In this document: positions 36,838-48,337 of the stretch, in pieces
Position numbering within the stretch: the stretch's first letter is position 1
How the letters are laid out: each line of letters begins with the position of its first letter
NCBI RefSeq assembly: GCF_001194135.2
Contig: NC_068988.1
Location: 87,972,836-88,022,633, forward strand
Direction: 5' to 3'
Source of the DNA: Octopus bimaculoides
Taxonomy: Eukaryota
Length of the DNA: 49,798 nucleotides
Position numbers and translations under genes: made by a program
The notes under the pieces: model-generated
Told to the model about the DNA's origin: nothing
Databases searched by the model: none
What the model saw: the letters and a program-made list of their open reading frames with translations, nothing else

Positions 36838-37159
36838 AAAGGGTATAAAGACTCCGATCGGTCATAAATGACCATGGGATTTCACCTAGAAAGTTCCCCT
36901 CCAAAGTAAGATTGCTTACGGAAGACCAGTAGTCGTCGCCCATGCATACCAACCTCCGATGTTATCCAAGGGAAAGGCAAAGGCCAATACAGCTTGGCAC
37001 CAGTGACATCACAACTCATTTCTACAGCTGAGTGAACTGGAGCTACGTGAAATAGAGTGTCTTGCTCAAGAACACAACACACAGCCCGGTCCGGGAATGG
37101 AACTCGCAACCTCATGCTTATGAGCCCGACGCTCTAAGCACTGAGTCATGCGCCTTCAC
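36838..37159 (-). mobile_element. SINE type D (type-B-like head and centre, distinct 3' tail)
   Basis: Head gtgaaggcgcatgactcagtgcttag...gagttccattccc; centre gttcttgagcaagacactctatttcac; tail ...aactttctaggtgaaatcccatggtcatttatgaccga. The same tail occurs at 46085-46190 (+). Confidence 0.8.
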
Positions 37160-37174
37160 TGAGCAATGCGCCAG

Positions 37175-37435
37175 AGAAATTGTGTAAACTCATAAATTTT
37201 GCAATTCCCTCCCATAACGGAGCCGATACCAAAGAAATTGAAAAAATTGAGAAATTTTAGGACCTAGTCAGAGAAGTGAGGAGACTGAAGAAGACTAAGA
37301 CAACTATTATTCCAGAGGCAATTGGTGAAATTGGTACGATACCTAAAATACTGACTGAGAGATATTGGAATCGAGACTCGCATTGGCGATCTGCAGAAAA
37401 ATTCTAGGAAATGTTCACGAGATTTGAAGAAATTT
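37175..37435 (+). mobile_element. R4/Dong-like endonuclease C-terminal fragment
   Basis: EKLCKLINFAIPSHNGADTKEIEKIEKF*DLVREVRRLKKTKTTIIPEAIGEIGTIPK...DIGIETRIGDLQK. Confidence 0.85.
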
Positions 37436-37448
37436 TTTGTCACCAAAC

Positions 37449-37575
37449 GAAATTGTCATTTAAGCATTTACTAACACAGCCAAGTGCACCAATAATTATA
37501 AGTGTAACTGTGAATATTTAATGGGAAATTTGTAAATTTCAGAGCAATTATCCGTAAACATTCCTGCTTATTAAA
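37449..37575 (-). mobile_element. Locally duplicated fragment of the TACA-associated R4-like family
   Basis: About 115 bp nearly identical to 38098-38168 plus 39313-39357; minus strand reads ...LIIIGALG(C/Y)VSK.LNDN. Confidence 0.75.
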
Positions 37576-37589
37576 CTAGCACGTAATAA

Positions 37590-37933
37590 GTGAAGGTACG
37601 TGGCTTAGTGGTTAGGATATTCGGTTTACGGTTGTAAGGTCGTGAATTCAATTCCCGGCGACGCGTTGTGTCCTTGAGCGAGGTACTTTATTTCATGTTG
37701 CTCCAGTCCACTCAGCTAGCAAAAATGACTGGTACCTGTATTTCAAGGGGCCAGCCTTGTCACATTCTGTGTCACATTCTGTGTCACATTCTATGTCACA
37801 TTGAATTTTCCTGAGAACTAGGCCAAGGGTATACGTGTCTGTGGAATGCTCAGTTACTTGTACGTTAATTTCACGAGTTCCGTTGATCGGATCAACTGGA
37901 ACCCTCGTCGTCGTAACCTACGGAGTGCCAGTT
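37590..37933 (+). mobile_element. SINE type B, full-length
   Basis: A-box TGGCTTAGTGG (37601-37611), B-box-like GTGAATTCAATTCC (37642-37655), centre gttgtgtccttgagcgaggtactttatttca, an internal 12-bp unit expanded to ~4 copies (37759-37802), and 3' end gttccgttgatcggatcaactggaaccctcgtcgtcgtaacctacggagtgccag. Confidence 0.9.
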
Positions 37934-39145
37934 CCAGTAACTTTATAGTAATAATAAATTCCACCACTGTGGAACGGTGAAAGGTTATGCATTGTATTTT
38001 AGAAAAGTTTTGCATACTTCTACAGTTCCACTTGCAGATTATATTTGTAATGTGCATGTTAGCTGGTCACTTGCAAGGCCTGGAAACTAGCTTTACGAAA
38101 TTGTCATTTAAAAATTTACTAACATAGCCAAGTGCACCAATAATTATAAGTGTAAATGTGAATATTTACTCTTTACTCTCTTTACTCTTTTACTTGTTTC
38201 AGTCATTTGACTGTGGCCATGCTGGAGCACCGCCTTTTAGTCCAGCTAATCGACCCCAGGACTTATTCTTTGTAAGCCTAGTACTTATTCTATCGTTCTC
38301 TTTAGCCGGACCGCTAAGTTACGGGGGCGTAAACACACCAGCATCGGTTGTCAAGCAATGTTGGGGGGACAAACACAGACACACAAACACAGACACACAA
38401 ACATATACATACACAAACATATATATATATATATATATATATATANNNNNNNNNNNNNNNNNNNNNNNNNNNNNNNNNNNNNNNNNNNNNNNNNNNNNNN
38501 NNNNNNNNNNNNNNNNNNNNNNNNNNNNNNNNNNNNNNNNNNNNNNNNNNNNNNNNNNNNNNNNNNNNNNNNNNNNNNNNNNNNNNNNNNNNNNNNNNNN
38601 NNNNNNNNNNNNNNNNNNNNNNNNNNNNNNNNNNNNNNNNNNNNNNNNNNNNNNNNNNNNNNNNNNNNNNNNNNNNNNNNNNNNNNNNNNNNNNNNNNNN
38701 NNNNNNNNNNNNNNNNNNNNNNNNNNNNNNNNNNNNNNNNNNNNNNNNNNNNNNNNNNNNNNNNNNNNNNNNNNNNNNNNNNNNNNNNNNNNNNNNNNNN
38801 NNNNNNNNNNNNNNNNNNNNNNNNNNNNNNNNNNNNNNNNNNNNNNNNNNNNNNNNNNNNNNNNNNNNNNNNNNNNNNNNNNNNNNNNNNNNNNNNNNNN
38901 NNNNNNNNNNNNNNNNNNNNNNNNNNNNNNNNNNNNNNNNNNNNNNNNNNNNNNNNNNNNNNNNNNNNNNNNNNNNNNNNNNNNNNNNNNNNNNNNNNNN
39001 NNNNNNNNNNNNNNNNNNNNNNNNNNNNNNNNNNNNNNNNNNNNNNNNNNNNNNNNNNNNNNNNNNNNNNNNNNNNNNNNNNNNNNNNNNNNNNNNNNNN
39101 NNNNNNNNNNNNNNNNNNNNNNNNNNNNNNNNNNNNNNNNNNNNN

Positions 39146-39176
<31 letters not shown>

Positions 39177-39905
39177 CGACGGGCTTCTTTCAGTTTCCGT
39201 CTACCAAATCCACTCACAAGGCTTTGGTCGGCCCGAGGCTATAGTAGAAGACACCTGCCCAAAGTGCCACGCAGTGGGACTGAACCCAGAACCATGTGGT
39301 TGGTAAGCAAGCTAATGGAAAATTTGTAGATTTCAGAGTAATTATCCGTAAACATTCTCTTTCTCACCGATTCTAGAATTAATGGTCATATCTGCAGGGA
39401 AGTTGACCTCTATAACAATACATCATGTCTTCTTTACTTTTCTGTCTCGAACAATCATAGCTGATCTGATATATTTGCACTCAGTCGAAGTTTATATTAG
39501 ATCATCTACCAATATCCTTTGAGATGAAACGTAGTTTCATATCAGAATTATTCACTATGTAACCCAGGGCTGTGTTTCCTGAAAGTGACATTATATATTG
39601 TTTTAGCAACATCATCCTGTGGCATTAGAAGGTTAATGACATTTTTTAGGGCAGCTGCTGGTCACGTTTAATGACTTCCACAAATATGAATATAACAAAA
39701 TTTGACATTTTAAAACGCTTCTTGTGGGTGTAAACGTTTCAACGACCCTTTTATTAAATAGACATTTTGTTGCTATTCTTGAATTGTAAAAGTATAATCT
39801 TTAAAAGGCAACGTGATGCAATGGTCATAATTCCAAGACAAGCTACAGTTCCGGCTGATATTAGTTTCTTTCTCGAGTCTTCAGGTATTATAAGCAGCCT
39901 GTCTT
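37934..39905 (-). mobile_element. Old degraded copy of the TACA-associated R4-like family, split by a SINE C insertion (pieces 39313-39905 and 37934-38168)
   Basis: Minus strand: ITLPFKDYTFTIQE*Q; VTSSCPK; gatgttgctaaaacaatatataat (cf. ~20935); CIVIEVNFPADMTI...EKENVYG*LL*NLQIF | SINE | IFTFTLIIIGALGYVSKFLNDN...SGTVEVCKTFLKYNA*. Colinear with 20740-21427. Confidence 0.8.
38169..39312 (-). mobile_element. SINE type C with internal TA/CA microsatellite (internal part in an N gap)
   Basis: Minus strand: tRNA-like head with B-box GGTTCAGTCCC (A-box apparently lost by 5' truncation), gtcttctactatagcctcgggccgaccaaagcc..., internal (TA)n/(TG)n, 3' part ...ggtgctccagcatggccacagtcaaatgactgaaacaagt, and an (AAAGAGT)n-like tail. 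Confidence 0.88.
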
Positions 39906-39990
39906 TTACTATAGCTCCGGGTCGAGTAAAGACTTGTGAGTGAATTTGGTAGACAGAAACTGTGTAGTAGCCCGTCGTATGCATACTTAC
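39900..39990 (+). mobile_element. SINE type C 5' body fragment; a matching degraded 3' part lies at ~40705-40880
   Basis: gtcttttactatagctccgggtcgagtaaagacttgtgagtgaatttggtagacagaaactg...gcccgtcgtat matches the reverse complement of 39175-39255. Confidence 0.75.
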
Positions 39991-40056
39991 ATAGACAAAC
40001 TTTATACATCCATCCATCAATCCATCCGTCCGTCCGTCCGTCCGTCTGTCTGTAAT

Positions 40057-40148
<92 letters not shown>

Positions 40149-41080
40149 GCATCTGAAATCATTTTTAATTATAGAAATTGAAGTAGATCAAGCTACAAAT
40201 AACAGCATGTAAATATTGGAATAAGAACTCCTTTGGGTAGAAAAAGGCGGAGACTATCATTTATAGCTTTATCTACTTCGTGTTCTANNNNNNNNNNNNN
40301 NNNNNNNNNNNNNNNNNNNNNNNNNNNNNNNNNNNNNNNNNNNNNNNNNNNNNNNNNNNNNNNNNNNNNNNNNNNNNNNNNNNNNNNNNNNNNNNNNNNN
40401 NNNNNNNNNNNNNNNNNNNNNNNNNNNNNNNNNNNNNNNNNNNNNNNNNNNNNNNNNNNNNNNNNNNNNNNNNNNNNNNNNNNNNNNNNNNNNNNNNNNN
40501 NNNNNNNNNNNNNNNNNNNNNNNNNNNNNNNNNNNNNNNNNNNNNNNNNNNNNNNNNNNNNNNNNNNNNNNNNNNNNNNNNNNNNNNNNNNNNNNNNNNN
40601 NNNNNNNNNNNNNNNNNNNNNNNNNNNNNNNNTATATATATATATATATATGTCTCTGTGTGTGTGTGCGTGTGTGTGTGTATGTGTGTGTACACGTGTG
40701 TAGTTGTAGTTGTTTTTGTTCACCCCAAGCAGTGCTCGTTTGATGACTTCTATGTAACGCAGTAGTTCGGCAAAGGAAAATGATAAAATGAGTAATCAAG
40801 GTCCATTTGTTCGATAAAACCCTTCAAGGCGGTGTGTCACCATGGCTGCAGTCCAATAATGATTCAAGTGGAGCGGTAAAAGCGAAAAAACTATATGTTC
40901 TGGTTTTATTTTTAAAGTATTTTGCCGATCGCGAAAACGCTAGTCTCGAAACTAGGAGTAATGGGCTTTCGGTGGAACTTTGACAACATGAATTAGGCAG
41001 TCATTGTGTGTGCAAGCGTATATGTATGTATGTGTATATGCATGTATGTATGTATGTATGTATGTATGTATGTATGTATG

Positions 41081-41765
41081 TATGGTGTCAAGCAAGTTGA
41101 CATCCTCGACCCAGCTCTCTTTACCTTGTATTTTGTTGCTACTCTTCCCGAAGCTTTTGCTCTAGATTGCTCTTCTGAATATCTATGAGGTTCCAGTCTT
41201 TCGGTCTTCTCTCCAACTTGCGTCAATTTACTGCTAATTCCAAAGATTTTTACAGTCTCTTATTCGTGATTTCATTTATGCAGATGATTATGATTCAGTT
41301 GTTCATACAGTTGAAGAAATGCAAATTTACATAGATCATATTTCTGCACATTACAAGTCATTTAGACTCAGCTTGGCCTAGTCAAAACAGGAAACCCATA
41401 TGTGATATATGTATCTTAGTTGAAGGAACTGTACTGACAGTGTAAGACACGTTTGTTCACCTCGGCAACACACACATCTATTCTTGTTCCTTGGATGATG
41501 AAATATCTTTGAGGTTTCAGCGGGCAACTGATTATTTTAGGGTTTTTGAGTCATGTGTCTGGTTCGCACATGACATCACAAGGCGAACAAAAGTTTCTAT
41601 GTCCCGTGTGCATGGACTGACGTTGTTCTTTTAATTTGAGACGTGGACATTTTGCAGGCATCGTATAAGGGTCCTTCAACGCTTCTATTAGTGATGTCCG
41701 ACACACATTCTGAATGTTGGCTTATTCCCGCGGACTCCAGACACTGAATTCTTGAGGGGATCCGA
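41081..41765 (+). mobile_element. RTE-BovB-like LINE, degraded RT fragment
   Basis: GVKQVDILDPALFTLYF...NLRQFTANSK...IRDFIYADD..VVHTVEEMQ...TFVHLG...SLDDEISLR...ETWTFCRHRIRVLQRF...RTPDTEFL. Many frameshifts and stops. Confidence 0.8.
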
Positions 41766-42272
41766 ATAATCGAAACGTTGGTATGATCACTGGTACAGTA
41801 AATACATTTTGATTTATTGATTTAATGTGTACATAAGCAGAGAGATCTGCTACTCTACCGCAAAAAACCAGAACCTCCATCATTTATAAAAATATACATA
41901 TCCATTTTTTTCTTGTTTATTGTATATGGCTTTCAGTCATTCATAGCCCCAGCTAATTTATAATCGTTTTAGAGCACTCTCACAGAATAAATGCTGCGTT
42001 TAAACTAATTCAAAAATGAATTGTGCGTTCATGTGCGTCTTACCACACATAGTCATGTGCACACGTAGACACGCGTGCGCACACACTCTGAGACACACGC
42101 ACACGCACACACAGACCTACACACATATATCCAAACATACATAGTGTGAAAGCCGGAATCGGATAGAAATTTGGTGTATTTCTAATGGTGAACGCGAAGT
42201 TGTACAGAAACAACTGTAAAAAATATTAAAGTTGTGTTTAATATTTATTCTTCATTTTCTTCCTAATCTTAT

Positions 42273-42315
<43 letters not shown>

Positions 42316-42358
42316 ATATATATATATATACATATCTATGTATATGTATATGTATATG

Positions 42359-42402
<44 letters not shown>

Positions 42403-43305
42403 NNNNNNNNNNNNNNNNNNNNNNNNNNNNNNNNNNNNNNNNNNNNNNNNNNNNNNNNNNNNNNNNNNNNNNNNNNNNNNNNNNNNNNNNNNNNNNNNNN
42501 NNNNNNNNNNNNNNNNNNNNNNNNNNNNNNNNNNNNNNNNNNNNNNNNNNNNNNNNNNNNNNNNNNNNNNNNNNNNNNNNNNNNNNNNNNNNNNNNNNNN
42601 NNNNNNNNNNNNNNNNNNNNNNNNNNNNNNNNNNNNNNNNNNNNNNNNNNNNNNNNNNNNNNNNNNNNNNNNNNNNNNNNNNNNNNNNNNNNNNNNNNNN
42701 NNNNNNNNNNNNNNNNNNNNNNNNNNNNNNNNNNNNNNNNNNNNNNNNNNNNNNNNNNNNNNNNNNNNNNNNNNNNNNNNNNNNNNNNNNNGGATTAAAA
42801 AAATCATATGGAGTCAGTTGTAGTTAGTTGAACGAACGTATGGACTGAAAAATCGAACACGAAAAAACAAACAAAAAAAAAAAACAAAAACCCCACAAAA
42901 GTAAATCCCAACAAAAAAAAAAACAAAAAATTAAATCAAAGCAAAAAAAAAAATAAGGAGGGGGACAATAAAAAGAGCAACAACAACAACAACAAAAAGC
43001 AAGGCATAAAAGAATCTTTCCCCCTATTCTCCCTTTAGCTATGAAGAAAATTATGATTGGGTAATTTATATGATTATTCCACTGTAACTCCCGGAGGAGC
43101 CGTCAAGACGCCATTGTTATTTGGTTCGTTTTGGCATTTTTTTATTGTTGTGTTTAGTGTGTGCAAGCGGGTGTGCATATATGTGTGCGTGCACGCACGC
43201 GCGTGTGGTTGAGTGTCTGTAGATATGTGTATGTTTATGTGTGTAGGTGTGCGTTTGGTTTCGCATTCCGTTATTCTTGGCGTGATCTCAATAATAATAA
43301 TAATG

Positions 43306-43360
<55 letters not shown>

Positions 43361-43413
43361 TGATGATGATGATGATGATAATGATGATGAGGAAGATAAT
43401 GATGGTGATAATG

Positions 43414-43472
<59 letters not shown>

Positions 43473-43792
43473 TAATAATAACAACAAAAATAATAAGTCT
43501 GGTTTTATATCATAGGCAACAATTAATGTTGCAGGAAGGTGTAAGGATAATAATGATCATAATGAATACGATGATGCTGATGCTGATGATGACAACGACG
43601 ATGACGGTGATGATTATGATGGTGATTGTGATGATGATGATGTTTATGATGGTGCTTGTGATTATTGTATCTACCTTATAGAATAATGCTAAATAAACAC
43701 GTAAAACCACAACACACTATATGTTCGCTGTTATATTTTCATCGTTTACTTTACCATTACTTCCTTATACTACAACACCAACAAAGACAACA

Positions 43793-43841
<49 letters not shown>

Positions 43842-43858
43842 ATAATAATAATAATAAT

Positions 43859-44073
43859 TCTCTCTACTAAAAGCCGAAGGCCTGAAATTTTGAGGGAGGC
43901 AGGAAGTCGATTACATCGACCCCCAGTGTTTCACTGGTACTTAGTTTATCCACCCCGAAAGGATAAAAGGCAAAGTCGACCTCTGTGGAATTTGAACTCA
44001 GAACGTAAAGGCGGACGAAATGCCGCTAAGCATTTCACCCGGCGTTCTAACGTTTCAGCCAGTTCACCGCCTT
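43859..44073 (-). mobile_element. SINE type A, full-length, flanked by TAA arrays
   Basis: A-box-like TGGCTGAAACG, B-box GAGTTCAAATTCC, core gtcgactttgccttttatcctttcggggtggataaactaagtaccag, tail ...ttcaggccttcggcttttagtagagaga(att)n. AAT repeats at 43841-43858 and 44074-44090. Confidence 0.9.
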
Positions 44074-44086
44074 ATTAATAATAATA

Positions 44087-44134
<48 letters not shown>

Positions 44135-44163
44135 GGGATTATAATAATAACAATGATAATATT

Positions 44164-44350
44164 GATTTCAAATTTGGCACAAGACCAGCAATTTAGAGGA
44201 GGGGACTAGGTGATTACATCGACTCCAGTATTCAACTTGTACTTATTTTATCGACCCCGAAAAGATGAAAAGCTAAGTTGAGATCGGCAGCATTTGAACT
44301 GGATAAAGACGGACGAAATGCTGCTGACGATTCTGCCCGCTCGCTGCCTT
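44164..44350 (-). mobile_element. SINE type A, third tail variant, flanked by AAT-rich sequence
   Basis: Same head and core; tail ...ctaaattgctggtcttgtgccaaatttgaaatc. Confidence 0.8.
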
Positions 44351-44718
44351 AATAATTATAATAAATGATAACACCTGGGAACATGGTTTTGTCGTCTGAT
44401 GTTAGAGACATGCATCGTAATAATTTCGAGGTGCAGATTTAAAAAATGAAATCCATTTCGTTCTACCAAGTCAAGATTGTTCATTTTTCAATGTTTCGCG
44501 TATTGTCATCTAATCTAAGGATAGATTTGGCTTCATCAAATGCCGACCCATGTATGGAGCTTGATTTAACTTTGAAAACATAGTTTTTCAATATCGTTTA
44601 AAGTAAATGCAACTTAAGGAGTGAAAACAAGGTATGATTTAAGCATCTTCAGTAAATAAAATGTATCAAATCTGAGTAACTTCCACTATTTTCAATCTCA
44701 TCTCATCATCTCGGTCGA

Positions 44719-44847
44719 GACAGGTGGAACAAAAACATGATGGCTGACTACTGCTGGTCTCTGCAAAGAGACTGCCATGATACAAGTGGTTCACACAAAG
44801 CATCAAAAAGAAAGTTCACTCCTTGGGCAGGTGAAACTTCAGCTTGA
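44719..44847 (+). mobile_element. DNA transposase C-terminal remnant (CMC/Chapaev-like; superfamily tentative)
   Basis: DRWNKNMMADYCWSLQRDCHD...SKRKFTP resembles the GRW..NMMADYCW.L.RD motif I recall from animal cut-and-paste transposases. Needs a Dfam/Repbase check. Confidence 0.55.
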
Positions 44848-45359
44848 TAGAAATATCTATTCTAAGATGTGTAATCAAACATTTTGTGTAATATATTTGT
44901 TGAACAATAAAAGGTAAGTACTATTCGGGTTGTATTACTTTCTTATTCCAGTATTGCATTTAATGGCAAAATTGACATTCTTTGGTGAAAAAAAAAATGC
45001 ATTCCTGTTTAAAAAAAAGAGCTCGTACGAAAAGCGAATCAATCATATATGTGTGTGTGTATACACACGCGCACTAATCGAATATAAATCTTACCTTACA
45101 GGTGAACAAAAAATCTGGCATTTAAGGGGAAAAAATTGGAAACTTACCTGAAAGGAAATGAAAATGAAAGACAATTAGTTTAAAGATTCAGTACTATTTC
45201 AAATATAACTGACACATAAATCAAATATAATAAATTATACAACCATACGAATATATCAAATATTATGAAATATACGAACATATACATAAATGGAATATAT
45301 CAAAATATATAAGCATACACTTGTATGAAATATAATTCTTTTAAGTATCGCCATTGTTT

Positions 45360-45586
45360 TAGCGGAGGGACTACGCCGATCACATTGGCTCCAGTTCTCC
45401 CGAAAGGATGAAAGACAAAGTCAACCACGGCGGAATTTGAATTCAGGATTTAAAGAACCGGAAGAAATGCCGGTAAACATTTTGTCCGATACTCTACTGA
45501 TTCTGTCGTACATGGTTAAACGCTGTATATGAACTATAATATAATATAGGAACAGACATATAGATAACAAAATATACGAACATGCG

Positions 45587-45680
<94 letters not shown>

Positions 45681-46745
45681 ACACACATATTCATACATAT
45701 ACGTGAAATCTAATAGTTTCTAATTTAGGTACAAGGACAGCAATTTTGAGTGAAAGGGGATAATCGATAGCATAAGCCCCAGTATTTGAACGGCATTTTA
45801 TTTTATTGAACTTGGAGAGATGAAAGACAAAGTTGTAATTGGTGGGATTTGAGATCAGAACGTAAAAGAGCCGGAACGAATACCACAAAAGCATTTTTTC
45901 CGACGCTCTAACGAACTGTAGGCTCGCAGCTTTCCTTATATCTTATAATAATTCTGCTTGTCGTTCCGTTACTTAGCCCGTCCATAACGCTTCCATGTGA
46001 TTAGTTTAAGGGTTCAAGGTGGAGGAGGCTGGTAGAGAGGCGGGGAAACTGGGGGTGAGTGAAATGTGCAATTTTTTTGAGGGACTGCTGGTCTACCATT
46101 AACAACCATACCCGGACTTGTGCCTCGGAGGGTAACTTTCTAGGTGCAATCCCATGGTCATTTATGACCGAAGGGTATCTTTACCTATAATGTACGCCTA
46201 CTCCTCGACCTAATTAGGCTCATGCCAACTCCATGCAGGAGCTTCCTCTCTTCATCCTTATTATGTTAACCACTACTGCAGGCCCTACTAGTGCTTCCGT
46301 TTGGGCCTTTTTTTTTATCCCCTGAACATTGGTCCTCTGGAATTTTCCTCTTGTTGATGTCTTCTCTGCATATAGTCTTACAGTTTCGAAAGGAAAAATT
46401 AATGGTACGGACCTCATCGGTCTAAGGGGACACTGCAAAGAATATAAACACTGGCCTTTCCTCTAGACCCGGCAAGTTAAAAAAAAGAAGAATAGTCTGC
46501 TTGACGAGGATTGATTTAGGGACAGATAACAACAAAAACATCAACAACAAAAACAGGAGCAGAAATACAATATGTTGGTAAAGAAGATGTCGGTTGGAAA
46601 TCTTACAGTTTTTTCTTTTGGAAGAATATAAGAAAGTATTGAATACAGTATATAACTGGTATTTTATTTATCGGCCGCCAAACAAATGAAAAACCAAAGA
46701 CGACCTTAAGAGAATTTGAACTCAGAGAGCCGGAGGAGATACTCC
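45360..46745 (-). mobile_element. Three degraded SINE type A copies (~45360-45510, 45718-45935, 46650-46745)
   Basis: Each matches the type A core or B-box region (cccgaaaggatgaaag.caaagtc; gaatttgaa.tcag). Confidence 0.7.
46085..46190 (+). mobile_element. Isolated SINE type D 3' tail
   Basis: ctgctggtctacc...cggacttgtgcctcggagggtaactttctaggtgcaatcccatggtcatttatgaccgaagg matches the tail of 36838-37159. Confidence 0.7.
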
Positions 46746-47094
46746 TTAATATAGTATCCGATAGTATAAACAACTTTTAGAAATATCGTTGTTGTTCATT
46801 AATATCTTATGTTATATAATGCAAAAATCAATGCATGATTCTATATCGTAGACTATGCCATAAACTTGTTTTGTATTTGATAAATTTTATATCAAATCTT
46901 ATCTCAGGGGTTTATTTCATACAGGAGTAGATCGCTCATTTATTTCATTAAAACATCTCATGGTAATTTATCGAATATCTAACAATATATAACAAAGTAA
47001 ATCACAGTATTTGAAATAACAGATATTTGGAATATTGTACGATTATTATTTTTATTTCGCAGGATGTGCTTTTGTGGCAATGGCGGTAATTTAG

Positions 47095-47482
47095 CGGAGC
47101 TATTTGATTGTTACACAGGATACGTTGTGGTATTCGATCCCGTTCTCTGAGCCCTGAGATTAAATCCGGCCGAGGTGGGCTTTATTCTTCATCCTTTCAG
47201 AATCGACAAGAAAGTACAAGTTCTTGACAAATGCATTCTGAGTTCAAATCGAGTTGCTAGAACTATTAGCACGCCGGGCAATGTTTAGCGTCATTTTTTT
47301 TCGGCTCTTTAGGTTCTAAGTACACATCCAGACTCGGATAGCTTTACTTTTCATAGTTTCTGGGTCGATAAAATAAGGAACTAGTGAGACACTGTGATCG
47401 CTCTATTCGACTATCCTACTCCTACTAAAACTATTAACCTTGTGCCAAGATTTGGGGCTATTATTTTTACTACTGTTATTAG
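47095..47482 (+). mobile_element. Two degraded SINE type A copies (~47095-47222, 47250-47482)
   Basis: ccggccgaggtgggctttattcttcatcctttc; ttagcacgccgggc...gggtcgataaaataag...ccttgtgccaagattt. Confidence 0.7.
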
Positions 47483-47512
47483 TGTTGGTCAAGGAAACGT
47501 GTAATGGAAAAA

Positions 47513-47705
47513 TACATGAGATGGTGCAGAAAAGTTCCTGGTTTTGGTTAAAAGAAAATACAGGAGGATCAATTAATTATGATTTTATTCAACATATTTC
47601 CCTCTCAGATTCACACACTTATTACGTGAAGCCGGAAGGTTGGGCTTCCAGCCAGGCCTTTCGCAATACATTTAAAGCCAGGAACATTTCATCCCCCGCT
47701 CCGTA
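47513..47705. mobile_element. Tc1/mariner-type MITE (~190 bp)
   Basis: Imperfect TIRs gaaaagttcctggtttt (47529-47545) and aaagccaggaacatttc (47674-47690). Outer ends are tac... and ...gta, compatible with TA targeting. The internal ttattcaacatattt...agattcacacactt resembles mariner subterminal sequence. Confidence 0.6.
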
Positions 47706-48235
47706 TAAGTATGTGTGTTTGTGTGTGTGTGTGTTCACAGGGTGTTCGGCGATCGAACGAATCAATGTAGAGATATCATTTAGTCTTGCCGAGGACATGC
47801 TAACCTCTCTAGTGCATACGTTGGAGCACGTTATTCTTGTGTGTATCTCTTTCAATGGCTAAATTCTAACCAGCACCAGTCATGGAACGTCAGAAAACAT
47901 AAAAATGGTGCACCAGCTGGTAATTTGACATGTTAATGTCGAAACCAATAGCAGTGATGAAGCATAGGTTTTTGTTGGGGTAACAGAATTAATATTAAAA
48001 ACTCGATACATGAGCAAAAGCATTCATTTGCTAGGCCTAATATTAAATGTCCAACGGTTTTGTGAAAATTTAAACACTTCTTCTAGTGACAATACTTATA
48101 AATTCAAAATTACTTGATCATTTGTGGATAAACCACAAACCTATAGGAATTGCAACTTCAATTTAAAAAATGTGGTGTGATTTGTATTTGAGCGAGAAAA
48201 ACAAATTTGATCTCAATGCAGTTATGGTTAAGGTG

Positions 48236-48337
48236 CTAGTGAGGCACTGTGACCGATCTATTCGGCTATCCTACTCCTACTAAAACTATTAACCTTGTGC
48301 CAAGATTTGAGGCTATTATTTTTACTACTATTATTAG
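48236..48337 (+). repeat. 102-bp direct repeat of 47381-47482 (SINE A 3' part plus its AT-rich tail)
   Basis: 6 mismatches and no indels over 102 bp, by manual alignment. Confidence 0.9.

Noticed and set aside
36730-36838. Possible extra Dong fragment (GRKLDIIIEGKIKKQCK), and a similar hint on the minus strand near 18935-18980 (GPDIKLVVTIFCP)
   Set aside because: Too short and too diverged to call without a profile search.
36347-37933. tRNA genes
   Set aside because: A and B boxes are present but run into SINE cores and tails, and no cloverleaf acceptor stem closes; these are tRNA-derived SINE heads.
47440-47862. 140-aa ORF as a host exon; also isolated strong donor-like motifs at ~44910 (+) and ~48671-48679 (-)
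   Set aside because: The ORF runs through a SINE tail, the mariner MITE and a TG repeat. The donor motifs have no recognisable coding exon upstream.
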